From: an uncultured Anaerolineaceae bacterium
Lineage (GTDB): Bacteria > Chloroflexota > Anaerolineae > Anaerolineales > E44-bin32
Assembly: GCA_964482355.1 (NCBI GenBank)
Contig: CAYZXF010000202.1
Location: 1-49,215, forward strand
Reading direction: 5' to 3'
Length of the DNA stretch: 49,215 bases
Below are positions 18,023 through 26,425 of the stretch, in pieces; positions within the stretch are counted from its first letter, which is position 1, and each line of letters opens with the position of its first letter. The position numbers and the translations under genes are program-made. The notes beneath the pieces were generated by a model. That model searched no databases. It was given only the letters and a program-made list of their open reading frames with translations, and had not been told where the DNA came from.

Positions 18023-19284
18023 GCAAAGACCAGCCAACGCTTGAATGGCCGGGCAAACAAGCGATCACCCCGCCCCCTCTTGAGCTTGTTCAAACTGCAG
18101 TTGTATTGCCCGATCCTTTATCCGAAGTGGCCGATCAACGTTTGATTCAGGGCGAGAATTTGGGGGTTATGAGCGCCCTGTTGGCCGAGTTTGAAGGCGA
18201 GATCGACCTGATCTATGCCGACCCCCCATTTCTATCTGGAAAGTCATACCGTGTACGAACCGGTCAGGGGGAAGACTCCCGCCAGCCCGAAGGCTGGAAG
18301 ACTGCCGAAGGGTTCCGCGACGAGTGGAACGATCGCGCTGAATATCTCAACATGCTTTATTCTCGACTCCGACTCATGCACGCCTTGCTGTCAGACGCGG
18401 GTACGCTCTACTTGCATTTAGATTGGCATGCGGCGGGGTACGCCCGCGTGCTTTTGGACGAAGTATTCGGCCCTGAGCGCCTACTAAATGAGATTATCTG
18501 GACCTATCACGGCCCCTCCCCCATACGGAGTGCATTCAAGCGAAAACACGACACGATCTATGTCTATACGAAGTCCAAGGAGTACACCTTCAACGCCGAT
18601 GATGTGCGCGTACCCTACAACGAATCGACGGTAAAGACCTTCTCCTCGGCTAAGGCCGGCTTTGGCAAACGCCCCGATCTGGAGCGGGGGAAAGTACCTG
18701 AAGACTGGTGGTATTTCCCAGTCGTGGCACGAATGCACCGGGAGCGGACCGGTTACCCCACCCAGAAGCCGGAAGCTCTGCTTGAGCGGATCATCCTCGC
18801 CTCAAGCCATCCTGGTGACCTTGTCGCAGATTTTTTCAGCGGATCTGGGACAACGGCAGCAATCGCGCGTCGATTGAGCCGAGGGTGGCTGGCCTGCGAC
18901 ATCTCACCTATAGCCATAAACACCACGCGTCGACGCCTGCTGCTCGAACCGGATGCGGGAGGCTTTAGCGTGTGGGTAGATAAGGCTGCTCAAAATCCGC
19001 ACATGCTCCATCCGAGGATCCAGATCAAGGCTAATAATCTGGATGTAGAAGCACAGCTGGCAGACTTCGATCCGGAGTCACTAACTAGTTTGGAGCTGGA
19101 TTGGAACTTTGACGGACGGTTGTTTCGCAGCGAAGCTCAATCCGTGCGGGGATGGCGGCAGGATCAAATCAAAACTCGGCTTGACCACTCGTATTCGGAG
19201 GCGGGCAGCTATGTGGTTGCCGCGCGTGCGGTGGATGCGGAGGGTAAGACGGGCATCGCTACAGAGAGGGTAGAGGTCGCGTAG
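18019..19284 (+). CDS. Beta-class N6-adenine/N4-cytosine DNA methyltransferase with a C-terminal PKD-like domain
   Basis: Motif IV IYADPPF precedes motif I DFFSGSGTTA, and TQKPEALLERII is present. The last ~90 aa carry the PKD signature (DWNFDG...HSYSEAGSYVVAARAVDAEG). GTG 18019 overlaps the upstream TGA (GTGA). Confidence 0.8.
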   Translation: MSKDQPTLEWPGKQAITPPPLELVQTAVVLPDPLSEVADQRLIQGENLGVMSALLAEFEGEIDLIYADPPFLSGKSYRVRTGQGEDSRQPEGWKTAEGFRDEWNDRAEYLNMLYSRLRLMHALLSDAGTLYLHLDWHAAGYARVLLDEVFGPERLLNEIIWTYHGPSPIRSAFKRKHDTIYVYTKSKEYTFNADDVRVPYNESTVKTFSSAKAGFGKRPDLERGKVPEDWWYFPVVARMHRERTGYPTQKPEALLERIILASSHPGDLVADFFSGSGTTAAIARRLSRGWLACDISPIAINTTRRRLLLEPDAGGFSVWVDKAAQNPHMLHPRIQIKANNLDVEAQLADFDPESLTSLELDWNFDGRLFRSEAQSVRGWRQDQIKTRLDHSYSEAGSYVVAARAVDAEGKTGIATERVEVA

Positions 19285-19300
19285 CTGAGCGTTCGCTCAG
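19285..19300. terminator. Short palindromic hairpin between convergent genes
   Basis: CTGAGC-gttc-GCTCAG followed by TTTGG. The right arm contains the regulator's stop codon. Confidence 0.3.
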
Positions 19301-19962
19301 TTTGGAAGGTCGAACCGATAGCCCATCCCGCGAATCGTGTGCAGAAATTCAGGCTTGGCGGGGTCCAGCTCGATCGCATGGCGGAGCCAGCTCATGTGTA
19401 CATCAAGCGTGCGGGTATCACCCGTGTAGTCGGTAAGCCACACCTCTCTGATTAATTTCTTCCGAGTGAGCAACTTCCCAGGGTTGTGCATAAATAACTC
19501 AAGCAGCTTTGATTGCTTTGGCGTCAGTCTGGCCTCTTTGCCATTGACCCGGACCTTCCGCTGCGCCAGATTTAGCTTGACCGGGCCTGCCTGCAGAACA
19601 TAGCGCTCATCGCCGGGAAGAAGTCGAATGACGCGGTTAACAAGTTTACGAGGGGTGAATGGTTGTACGAGCGTTACGCTCGATCCGTTTCCGGGATCGA
19701 CTAGAGTCCCGCTCGGTGAAATAAGGATGATGGGAATGCCGTTGAGCCCGGCGCGCGCGGCTCGCGACATTCGAGACCCGCTTGTCCGCATCGATGCAGC
19801 ATCCAGTATTAAAACGTCCGGAGAGGTTTTCGCCGCGGCTTTGATTCCATTATCAACTTTGTGATGGACGGTGACATCGAACCCTTTTTTCTCGAGGGCC
19901 GAGGCGAATGAGGGTGCGCTCGGACGACCGCTCTCAATTAGTAGGATTTTCGCTATCGCCAT
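19297..19962 (-). CDS. OmpR/PhoB-type winged-helix response regulator with an atypical receiver
   Basis: C-terminal wHTH (LTPKQSKLLELFM...REVW...TRTLDVHMSWLR...IRGMGYRF). The receiver keeps the Asp in LILDAA but has ES for the acidic pair and QPF instead of KPF. Confidence 0.8.
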   Translation of the reverse strand: MAIAKILLIESGRPSAPSFASALEKKGFDVTVHHKVDNGIKAAAKTSPDVLILDAASMRTSGSRMSRAARAGLNGIPIILISPSGTLVDPGNGSSVTLVQPFTPRKLVNRVIRLLPGDERYVLQAGPVKLNLAQRKVRVNGKEARLTPKQSKLLELFMHNPGKLLTRKKLIREVWLTDYTGDTRTLDVHMSWLRHAIELDPAKPEFLHTIRGMGYRFDLPN

Positions 19963-19980
19963 TCAGTGCGGTCCCCAGCT

Positions 19981-20015
19981 AAAAGAACTCGGCAGCGCGG
20001 AATGCTCACGCTGCC
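19981..20015 (-). terminator. Terminator-like hairpin with U-tract, located in the regulator leader and downstream of the SIS gene
   Basis: Minus strand GGCAGCG-tgagcattccg-CGCTGCC followed by GAGTTCTTTT. Confidence 0.5.
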
Positions 20016-20026
20016 TGTAGATGGTC

Positions 20027-20055
20027 ATTATACATGAGCGACATTGGCGCATCAA
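20027..20055 (-). promoter_or_regulatory. Near-consensus sigma70-type promoter
   Basis: Minus strand TTGATG-17 nt-TATAAT, upstream of the hairpin and of the response-regulator ATG at 19962. Confidence 0.55.
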
Positions 20056-20077
20056 TGAGACTTTCGATATGCGGTTA

Positions 20078-21148
20078 TCAGTTGCTTAATTCTTTAAGAG
20101 AGGGTATCTGCTCACTGGAGCGGATGCGACTAATCCCGCCACCCTCCGCGCGATCGCGGCCCCCGGAAAACCCTCGGAACGGCTCTTCACCGAGTCGAGC
20201 CATTAACGAGTCGGCGTAGGCAACCGGTCCGGCCCACAGCGCCAACGGGCTCAGAATCTCCCGCAGAGATTTTAAGCCGTAGCTCCAGTCGCTGTTGATA
20301 AACGTGCGGCCAATGCCTTCTGCAGCCTGCTCGATTTCAAGCTCGCGTCCCAAAGCCCGACCTTTCGCGCTCAGCATCCATACCGGAAGCCGGGGAGGAT
20401 CATTAAAATACTCGAGGTGCGCCCACTCCTCAACGTCCTGGGAAGACGCCGACTGGCCCGCAGCCTCAATTACCTTTGCCGCGGCAAACATGGCCGCTCC
20501 CCGAGCCGGTCCTGCACCCAGGAACAAGATCGGCTGACCATGGTCGATCTTTTGCGCCGCCTCATGCCCTTTCGCTTGCTCGCCATCTCCCCACTCGGCG
20601 AAGGCGGCCGGCATCGTATTCAGATACTGGTCGATTTGTTGCTGAAGCTGACGATCCGCCAGCTCCGCTCCAATCGCATATCCAGCCAGGAGGGCTGCGA
20701 GGTAGCTGATAAGCCCCGGGCCGTGAGGTTGCTTTGGAAGTTCCAGAGCAAAGACATCATTGGCCAGAGTGGCGAGCGTGCTCGCCGAATCTGTGGTGAT
20801 CGCCAGTGTCTGTGCGCCCAGGTCTTGCGCAAGGCGGATCGCTTCGATCGTACGCGCGGTTTCCCCGGAAGCAGAAATTCCAACTACCAGGAGGTTTTCG
20901 CCGATCGATCGGGGGATCGCATACCGGGCGGCTTCCATCGCGTGCAGCCCATGCGCGATGCGTCCGGTCCATTCTGACAGCGCGTACGAGAGTGCATAAG
21001 CCGCGTGATGCGAGTCGCCGCAACCGCAAAAGATTATTTCGTGAAACTCGGTGTTCGAGAGTTGCGAGGCACGATCTCTGGCCTGAGGCCAAGCTTCCCG
21101 AATGAATTGAGGCGCTGATGCGGTTTGAAGAGCTAGTGAGGTAGGCAA
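20078..21148 (-). CDS. Double SIS-domain sugar-phosphate isomerase/deglycase (FrlB/GlmS-isomerase-like)
   Basis: IIFCGCGDSHHAA and VVGISASGETARTIEA (first SIS domain), then a second SIS-like half (ILFLGAGP...). TTG start. Confidence 0.75.
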   Translation of the reverse strand: MPTSLALQTASAPQFIREAWPQARDRASQLSNTEFHEIIFCGCGDSHHAAYALSYALSEWTGRIAHGLHAMEAARYAIPRSIGENLLVVGISASGETARTIEAIRLAQDLGAQTLAITTDSASTLATLANDVFALELPKQPHGPGLISYLAALLAGYAIGAELADRQLQQQIDQYLNTMPAAFAEWGDGEQAKGHEAAQKIDHGQPILFLGAGPARGAAMFAAAKVIEAAGQSASSQDVEEWAHLEYFNDPPRLPVWMLSAKGRALGRELEIEQAAEGIGRTFINSDWSYGLKSLREILSPLALWAGPVAYADSLMARLGEEPFRGFSGGRDRAEGGGISRIRSSEQIPSLKELSN

Positions 21149-21165
21149 GTCAGTATAATGCGAGG

Positions 21166-22170
21166 ATGTCCGTCCGCTACCTTATTATCGGGGGGCTACG
21201 GGAAGATTATTGTATCACCCACGATGGTCAGGCCCGATCAGGCGTTCTCGGAGGCAACGCGGTCTATGCGGCTACTGGCGCAGCTGTATGGTCAGATTCG
21301 GTTGGGATTCTCGGGCGGGTGGGCTCTAATTTCCCTTCGAGTTGGTTGGAGCAGATCGCGGCATCTGGGCTGGATACGAGCGGCGTCACGGTGCTGCCCA
21401 GCCCGCAGGACACCCGAACATTCTATGCCTATCGCTCGCTCGAGGAGCGAGTTGATACGAACCCAAACCTACATTACCAACGTGCGGGGCTTCCCATCCC
21501 CAAGGCGCTTATGGATTACGTCTCCTCCACCGAGGGGCAGCGGTCGAAGGACAGCTTCGGACCGCTTGCGTTCCGACCCAAGGATCTTCCAGACACGGTG
21601 GAGGCGGCGGTTGCCGCACATATGGCTCCAGGAGACTATCTTACTCACAGCATCGTGCCCGCTCGACTGCGTGAGCTGGGGGTTGGGATGGTAGTCGTTG
21701 ATCCCTCCGCCCGCTACATGGAACCTGAGTTCCGCAAGGAGCTGCCAGACCTTCTCAATGGGCTGGCGGCATTTCTTCCAAGCGAACTGGAGGCAACATC
21801 GTACTTTCAACCTCGGCCGCCGGATCTCTGGGAGATGGCCGAGAGTCTTTCCGAGCTAGGCTGCCCAATCGTTGGCATAAAACGAGGCGGCGCAGGGATC
21901 TTCCTCTGGGATCAGGCAAATCATCAGCGTATTCTCATCCCGGCCTATCCGTCTCGAGTGGTCGACGTAACCGGAGCAGGTGATGCTTTCTGCGGCGGCT
22001 TCTTGGTTGGGTTGAGCGAAACCGGCGACGTGCTTGAGGCCGGGCTAAGGGGCAGCGTATCTGCCTCACTCGCGATCGAAGGCGCCGGGGCACTCTATGC
22101 GATGGGTGCTGCACCCGGTCTGCCGCAAGCCAGGCTCGAAGCACTCCGATCCAGGGCACGCTTGATCTAG
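21166..22170 (+). CDS. PfkB-family carbohydrate kinase
   Basis: N-terminal GG motif (VLGGNAVY) and C-terminal DVTGAGDAFCGGFL. Confidence 0.85.
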   Translation: MSVRYLIIGGLREDYCITHDGQARSGVLGGNAVYAATGAAVWSDSVGILGRVGSNFPSSWLEQIAASGLDTSGVTVLPSPQDTRTFYAYRSLEERVDTNPNLHYQRAGLPIPKALMDYVSSTEGQRSKDSFGPLAFRPKDLPDTVEAAVAAHMAPGDYLTHSIVPARLRELGVGMVVVDPSARYMEPEFRKELPDLLNGLAAFLPSELEATSYFQPRPPDLWEMAESLSELGCPIVGIKRGGAGIFLWDQANHQRILIPAYPSRVVDVTGAGDAFCGGFLVGLSETGDVLEAGLRGSVSASLAIEGAGALYAMGAAPGLPQARLEALRSRARLI

Positions 22171-22172
22171 CG

Positions 22173-23273
22173 ATGAATCTAGATCGCTGGATCGAACGCA
22201 CGCTCGAAATCCAGTCCATTCCCGCTCCGACGTTTGGTGAAGCCGAGCGAGCCGAATTCCTAAGATCCAAGTTCGAGGAGTTGGGAGTGACACAGCTGGC
22301 CCTGGACGATATCGGCAATTTATACGCTCAAATCCCGGGGGAGAATGCCCCTCCGCTCATCGTTTCTGCCCATCTCGACACCGTTTTCGCCGGACACACG
22401 GATCTGACCTATCGAAGAACCCGATCGCGCTTGACCGGTCCGGGCGTCGGGGACAACTCGGTAGCCCTGGCGGCCTTGCTGGAACTTAGCGAAGATTTAG
22501 GCTCTCTCAGGCTTGCAGGCGATGTGTGGCTGGTGGCAAATGTAGGCGAAGAGGGGCTGGGAAACCTGCGAGGCATGAGGGAAGTCGTCGCTCGCTTTGG
22601 AGAAAAGGTCACTGCCTATGTCATCCTGGAAGGCATGGCACTAGGGCACATTTATCATCGTGCGCTCCCGGTCCGTAGATATCGCATAACGCTCCGAGCG
22701 GAAGGCGGCCACTCCTGGATCCATGCCGGTCGGACTTCGGCCATACACAAACTGATAGAGGTAGGGAGCCAACTTCTAGACCTACAACTGCCTAGTAACC
22801 CTCGTACCACGCTGAACATTGGTCGGATCGAGGGGGGGCGTTCTATTAACAGCATTGCTGATTTGGCCATGCTTGAAATTGATATGCGCTCAGAATCGGA
22901 AACCGCCCTCAATGATATGGATAAGCGTTTGAGGAGACTCGTAAGAGACGTCCGCCTTACCGATGCAGAAATTGAGTTGACCCAGGTAGGCTCGCGACCC
23001 GGTGGGGAATTGGCGGCCGACCACCCACTTGTGCTGGCTGCTCTCAGCTCACTTGAAAAATCCGGCGAACGGGAGGCCTACCTTGAGTTCGGCTCAACCG
23101 ATGCCAGCGTGCCGCTCAATCGAGGCTTCCCCGCAGTTTGCGTCGGGATCACCAAGGGTGGAGAGGCTCATACCATTCGCGAATACATTGAGATTCGACC
23201 CATGCGGAAGGGATACTCGGCGGTGCTCGATCTCATAGAGGCTGCTTTTTCACTAAATGGGAAGTCGAGCTAA
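22173..23273 (+). CDS. M20-family metallopeptidase/deacylase (ArgE/DapE/PepT-like)
   Basis: SAHLDTVF, GVGDNSVALAALL and NVGEEGLGNLRG metal-ligand motifs. ATG lies 2 nt after the PfkB stop. Confidence 0.8.
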   Translation: MNLDRWIERTLEIQSIPAPTFGEAERAEFLRSKFEELGVTQLALDDIGNLYAQIPGENAPPLIVSAHLDTVFAGHTDLTYRRTRSRLTGPGVGDNSVALAALLELSEDLGSLRLAGDVWLVANVGEEGLGNLRGMREVVARFGEKVTAYVILEGMALGHIYHRALPVRRYRITLRAEGGHSWIHAGRTSAIHKLIEVGSQLLDLQLPSNPRTTLNIGRIEGGRSINSIADLAMLEIDMRSESETALNDMDKRLRRLVRDVRLTDAEIELTQVGSRPGGELAADHPLVLAALSSLEKSGEREAYLEFGSTDASVPLNRGFPAVCVGITKGGEAHTIREYIEIRPMRKGYSAVLDLIEAAFSLNGKSS

Positions 23274-23295
23274 TCGGCGCTCGCAGCTTTAAGTC

Positions 23296-24045
23296 TCAAG
23301 GAGTCGCCGAAGGCGTAGCGATATCCGCAACCGAAAATCGAGTAGACACAATCCAATTCGTTCCGAGAAACATCTGAACCTCATATTCGCCCGGGAGCCA
23401 GCCGTTTTCGGGCCGGCATTCCGTGTAGCCATAGCCGCCGGTTCCCCCATCCCAGGGTTTTGTCTCTGAACACACGATCTGGGAATTTAAGTACCAAATC
23501 GCGGTCCAGCGCACTCCGTCATCGAGGAAATTGTACGTAAAGGCCCCATAAAGAATATCAATCGGATTCTCAAAATCTATGGCGGGGCCGATCGCTCGAT
23601 TTAAAATGTCCAATCGTCGACCCATCTCAATTGAGCTGAACGCGGCCTCCGGGCGAGGCGTAATGGTCTCTCTGAATAACACGGTCAGTCCTTCGGGAAT
23701 TGCGGGGGTTGCGGTGACCGATGGAGTAGGGGTAACGCTCGCGGTAGGAGTAATGGAGGCGGTTGGCGTGATCGATGGAGTCAGGGTCAGAGTTGGGGTC
23801 GGCGTCTCTGATGGTTTTGGTGTGTCCGAGGGAATAGGCGTAATGATCACGGCTGCCGCCTGTGACCCGAATAGCCTGGTTACCAGCCCAAAGAACCCAA
23901 GAGCAAATCCAAGCAGGATGAGGCGCCACCCTTCCCTGATTCTCTGTTGGCGCAGACCAAAAAATGGCACCGCTTGAGCTCCACGCAGCCGACGCCACCC
24001 AAGCCAGAGGAAAATGGGCATGGATATGGTTAGTACGGCCACCAA
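23296..24045 (-). CDS. Hypothetical membrane-anchored protein with a Thr/Pro linker
   Basis: Two N-terminal TM helices, the linker TPTPTLTLTPSITPTASITPTASVTPTPSVTATP, and a C-terminal domain of about 130 aa that I do not recognise. The start is TTG 24045, GTG 24042 or ATG 24021. Confidence 0.5.
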   Translation of the reverse strand: MVAVLTISMPIFLWLGWRRLRGAQAVPFFGLRQQRIREGWRLILLGFALGFFGLVTRLFGSQAAAVIITPIPSDTPKPSETPTPTLTLTPSITPTASITPTASVTPTPSVTATPAIPEGLTVLFRETITPRPEAAFSSIEMGRRLDILNRAIGPAIDFENPIDILYGAFTYNFLDDGVRWTAIWYLNSQIVCSETKPWDGGTGGYGYTECRPENGWLPGEYEVQMFLGTNWIVSTRFSVADIATPSATP

Positions 24046-24158
24046 TATGGCAATAGTGGAATCGATCGATCCCAGAAGGAGTTCTCCGATCGGGTATTTA
24101 TATTTGGTGCGCTAAGATTCGGGGCTGGGCTAGATTGAGATCCTTCGCTGCGGTGTTA

Positions 24159-25262
24159 TCAGCGAACGGTGAAGTAGGTGAAATGGAACTGGATCTTGCC
24201 CTCTCTCAGACCCAGTGTATCGTTTCCGTCTACCACCTGTCCACGAGAGCTCTGCGCGGTCCAAGTGTAATGCCGTGTGCTCCCAGAGCCCGCCTTCCCG
24301 GTAATTTCAAATTTTGCCCCGGGGAGTGTCTCGTGCATCAACTTTCCATACCAATCCGCGATGGCCTGGCGCGAGAATATTGTCTGTTTTCCCGTGACAT
24401 GCGCGGCATTTTCGGCGTATAGCCCTGCCACCAGCTCTCGGTCATGCTGGTTCAACCGCCCGATCAATCGCTCGGGCATATCGGCTATCGGAGGATCAGT
24501 GGGCCAGTCAAAATCCGATACTGCCCCCCAAAGGTCATTGTAGGCGGGCCGAGTTCCCACATCCCAGCTCCAGGCATTCGCTGCGCTTAGGCCCATCTCC
24601 TTGGCCTTGGCGAAGAAGCGGGTAATTTCATCCGCGGTCGGGCGCCAATTTCCCCTTCCATAAATGGGAGCGGTGGGAATGATCGGCCGAGCAGGATTGA
24701 GGGCCATATATTGCTCGACACAAATCTCAAGTTGAGTTTCGGGGTTGTGGCGCTGTTCATAGTAGACCTGCGGCATGGCATAGTCACATCCAGCCATAAA
24801 TTCGGCGAACGGCAAGCTTCGGTGAAGTTTGGGGAATCGGTAGGTGCTCAACGCAATCGGCAGCTCGGGCAGCGCCGCTCTGAGCTCATTCATGTATCGC
24901 GTGGCGGCGGTCCGCTTGCTTTCGGACTGATATTCAGCTTCGGCATCGATCACGAAGCCATCCATGCCGAGCGCCTTCGTCCGCTGGATGGCAAGCTGTG
25001 CCTCTCCAATCGGATTGCGGCCGCGGACATATTGCCATCCCCAGACTTCGATCCCTTCCTCCTTCAAGGCTTGCAGCACCGGAGGAATATAATCGTATTT
25101 GGTTTTGGGGTCGATGTTATAGCTCCAATAGTCCCCGTCTGCGATCTTGATGAGAACGTGAGAGAGTCCAGCTGCCTTGGCTTTGGCCGCGATCACCTCC
25201 GGGTCGCCGCCGTCGCACTTCCAGAGCTGCCAAATGAATAGCCCTTTTCCGCGCAGCGTCAC
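24159..25262 (-). CDS. TIM-barrel glycoside-hydrolase-like domain (GH25-like DxE: VIDAEAE) fused to a C-terminal SnoaL/NTF2-like domain
   Basis: The KGLFIWQ...VLIKIADG...GWQYV...FVIDAEAEY pattern, with a last ~110 aa resembling NTF2/SnoaL. The start is trimmed to GTG 25262, which overlaps the dinB stop (GTGA). The called ATG 25376 would overlap dinB by 118 nt. Confidence 0.5.
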   Translation of the reverse strand: MTLRGKGLFIWQLWKCDGGDPEVIAAKAKAAGLSHVLIKIADGDYWSYNIDPKTKYDYIPPVLQALKEEGIEVWGWQYVRGRNPIGEAQLAIQRTKALGMDGFVIDAEAEYQSESKRTAATRYMNELRAALPELPIALSTYRFPKLHRSLPFAEFMAGCDYAMPQVYYEQRHNPETQLEICVEQYMALNPARPIIPTAPIYGRGNWRPTADEITRFFAKAKEMGLSAANAWSWDVGTRPAYNDLWGAVSDFDWPTDPPIADMPERLIGRLNQHDRELVAGLYAENAAHVTGKQTIFSRQAIADWYGKLMHETLPGAKFEITGKAGSGSTRHYTWTAQSSRGQVVDGNDTLGLREGKIQFHFTYFTVR

Positions 25263-26425
25263 TCCGAATCCTCCACAGACCGCTTGCTCATGCTTCCTGC
25301 GCGTCTCAGCGCTTGATGCCCATATTTTTCTCGGATATCGTCTACTGCCTTTAACAAATTGTGGTCCTGCTCCCAACCGTGATCGAACAGCTCTAGCTGG
25401 CGCATGGGAGGCCCTAAATCTGCGATTCCGACCCCCAGCAGCCGTACTGCTTTCCCCGGCCGCCAGTTGTCTCTAAACAGTTTGAGTGCCGCAGCATAGA
25501 TCTCTCCATCCTGGTCAGTGGGCTGATTCAGCCGCTTCTGCCGTGTGAAAGTCGAAAAATCTGGCCATCGAAGCTTGATCCGTACCGTCGAACCCATCAT
25601 GCCAGCTTTCCTTACCCGAGTTCCCACGCGCTCGCTCAGGTGAAGGAGGTGTCGGCGCAATTCCTGCATGGAATCTACGTCCTTAGGGAAGGTTCGCTCG
25701 GCAGATACCGAACGCTGATCATGCAGCTCCTGAACGGGCCGTTCATCAATCCCCCTTGCCCTAGCTGCAAGATCTGTGCCTCTTGAGCCAAAGAGCTCCT
25801 GCAATCGAAGCTCTGGCATCGCAGCGAGGTCCCCTATCGTTCGGATGCCCTGCTGCTTAAATCGCTGGGACGACTTGGGTCCCACGCCCCACATCATGCT
25901 GACCGGAAGCGGCGCCAGGAAGGAGGCTTCCTTTCCCGGAGGAACCACGATCAGCCCCCGCGGTTTGCCAACTTCAGTAGCGATCTTTGCCACCAGCTTG
26001 TTGGTCGCGATTCCCCACGAGGTCTGCAGCTCGAACCGTTTTAGAACTTCAGCTCGCATCTCTGAGGCGGCTTGCTCCCCACCCCGCGGATCATCGCTGA
26101 CGTCCAGAAAGCCTTCGTCGATCGAGATCTGCTGCATTACAGGAACCGCGCCGCGCAAGTAACGCATGACCTGGCGTGAATGCTCCGAGTAATCCGCATG
26201 ATTGGAGCTGACTACAATCAGGTCTGGGTGCAGTCTGATGGCGCGTGACATTGGCATGGCTGACTTGATACCAAATTTGCGCGCGGGATAGGAGGCAGAG
26301 GTGACCACCCCTCGGCCTTCAGGGCTGCCCCCTACGACGAAAGCCTTGCCCTTGAGGTCTGGATTGCGAATTTCTTCTACGGAGCAAAAGAAGGCGTCCA
26401 AGTCGACGTGGAGTATCTGTCTCAA
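25259..26425 (-). CDS. dinB: DNA polymerase IV (Y-family)
   Basis: (M)RQILHVDLDAFFCSVEE, SIDEGFLDV and the little-finger region. TTG start with GAGAGG 10 nt upstream. Confidence 0.9.
   Translation of the reverse strand: MRQILHVDLDAFFCSVEEIRNPDLKGKAFVVGGSPEGRGVVTSASYPARKFGIKSAMPMSRAIRLHPDLIVVSSNHADYSEHSRQVMRYLRGAVPVMQQISIDEGFLDVSDDPRGGEQAASEMRAEVLKRFELQTSWGIATNKLVAKIATEVGKPRGLIVVPPGKEASFLAPLPVSMMWGVGPKSSQRFKQQGIRTIGDLAAMPELRLQELFGSRGTDLAARARGIDERPVQELHDQRSVSAERTFPKDVDSMQELRRHLLHLSERVGTRVRKAGMMGSTVRIKLRWPDFSTFTRQKRLNQPTDQDGEIYAAALKLFRDNWRPGKAVRLLGVGIADLGPPMRQLELFDHGWEQDHNLLKAVDDIREKYGHQALRRAGSMSKRSVEDSE

Noticed and set aside
18019-19284. The methyltransferase as part of a restriction-modification system
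   Set aside because: No endonuclease, Res helicase or specificity gene sits on either side. The upstream gene is a GTPase and the downstream gene is a convergent response regulator.
25263-25376. ATG 25376 as the start of the GH-like/NTF2-like gene
   Set aside because: It would overlap the conserved C-terminus of dinB by 118 nt. An in-frame GTG overlapping the dinB stop is more economical, although the start remains unproven.
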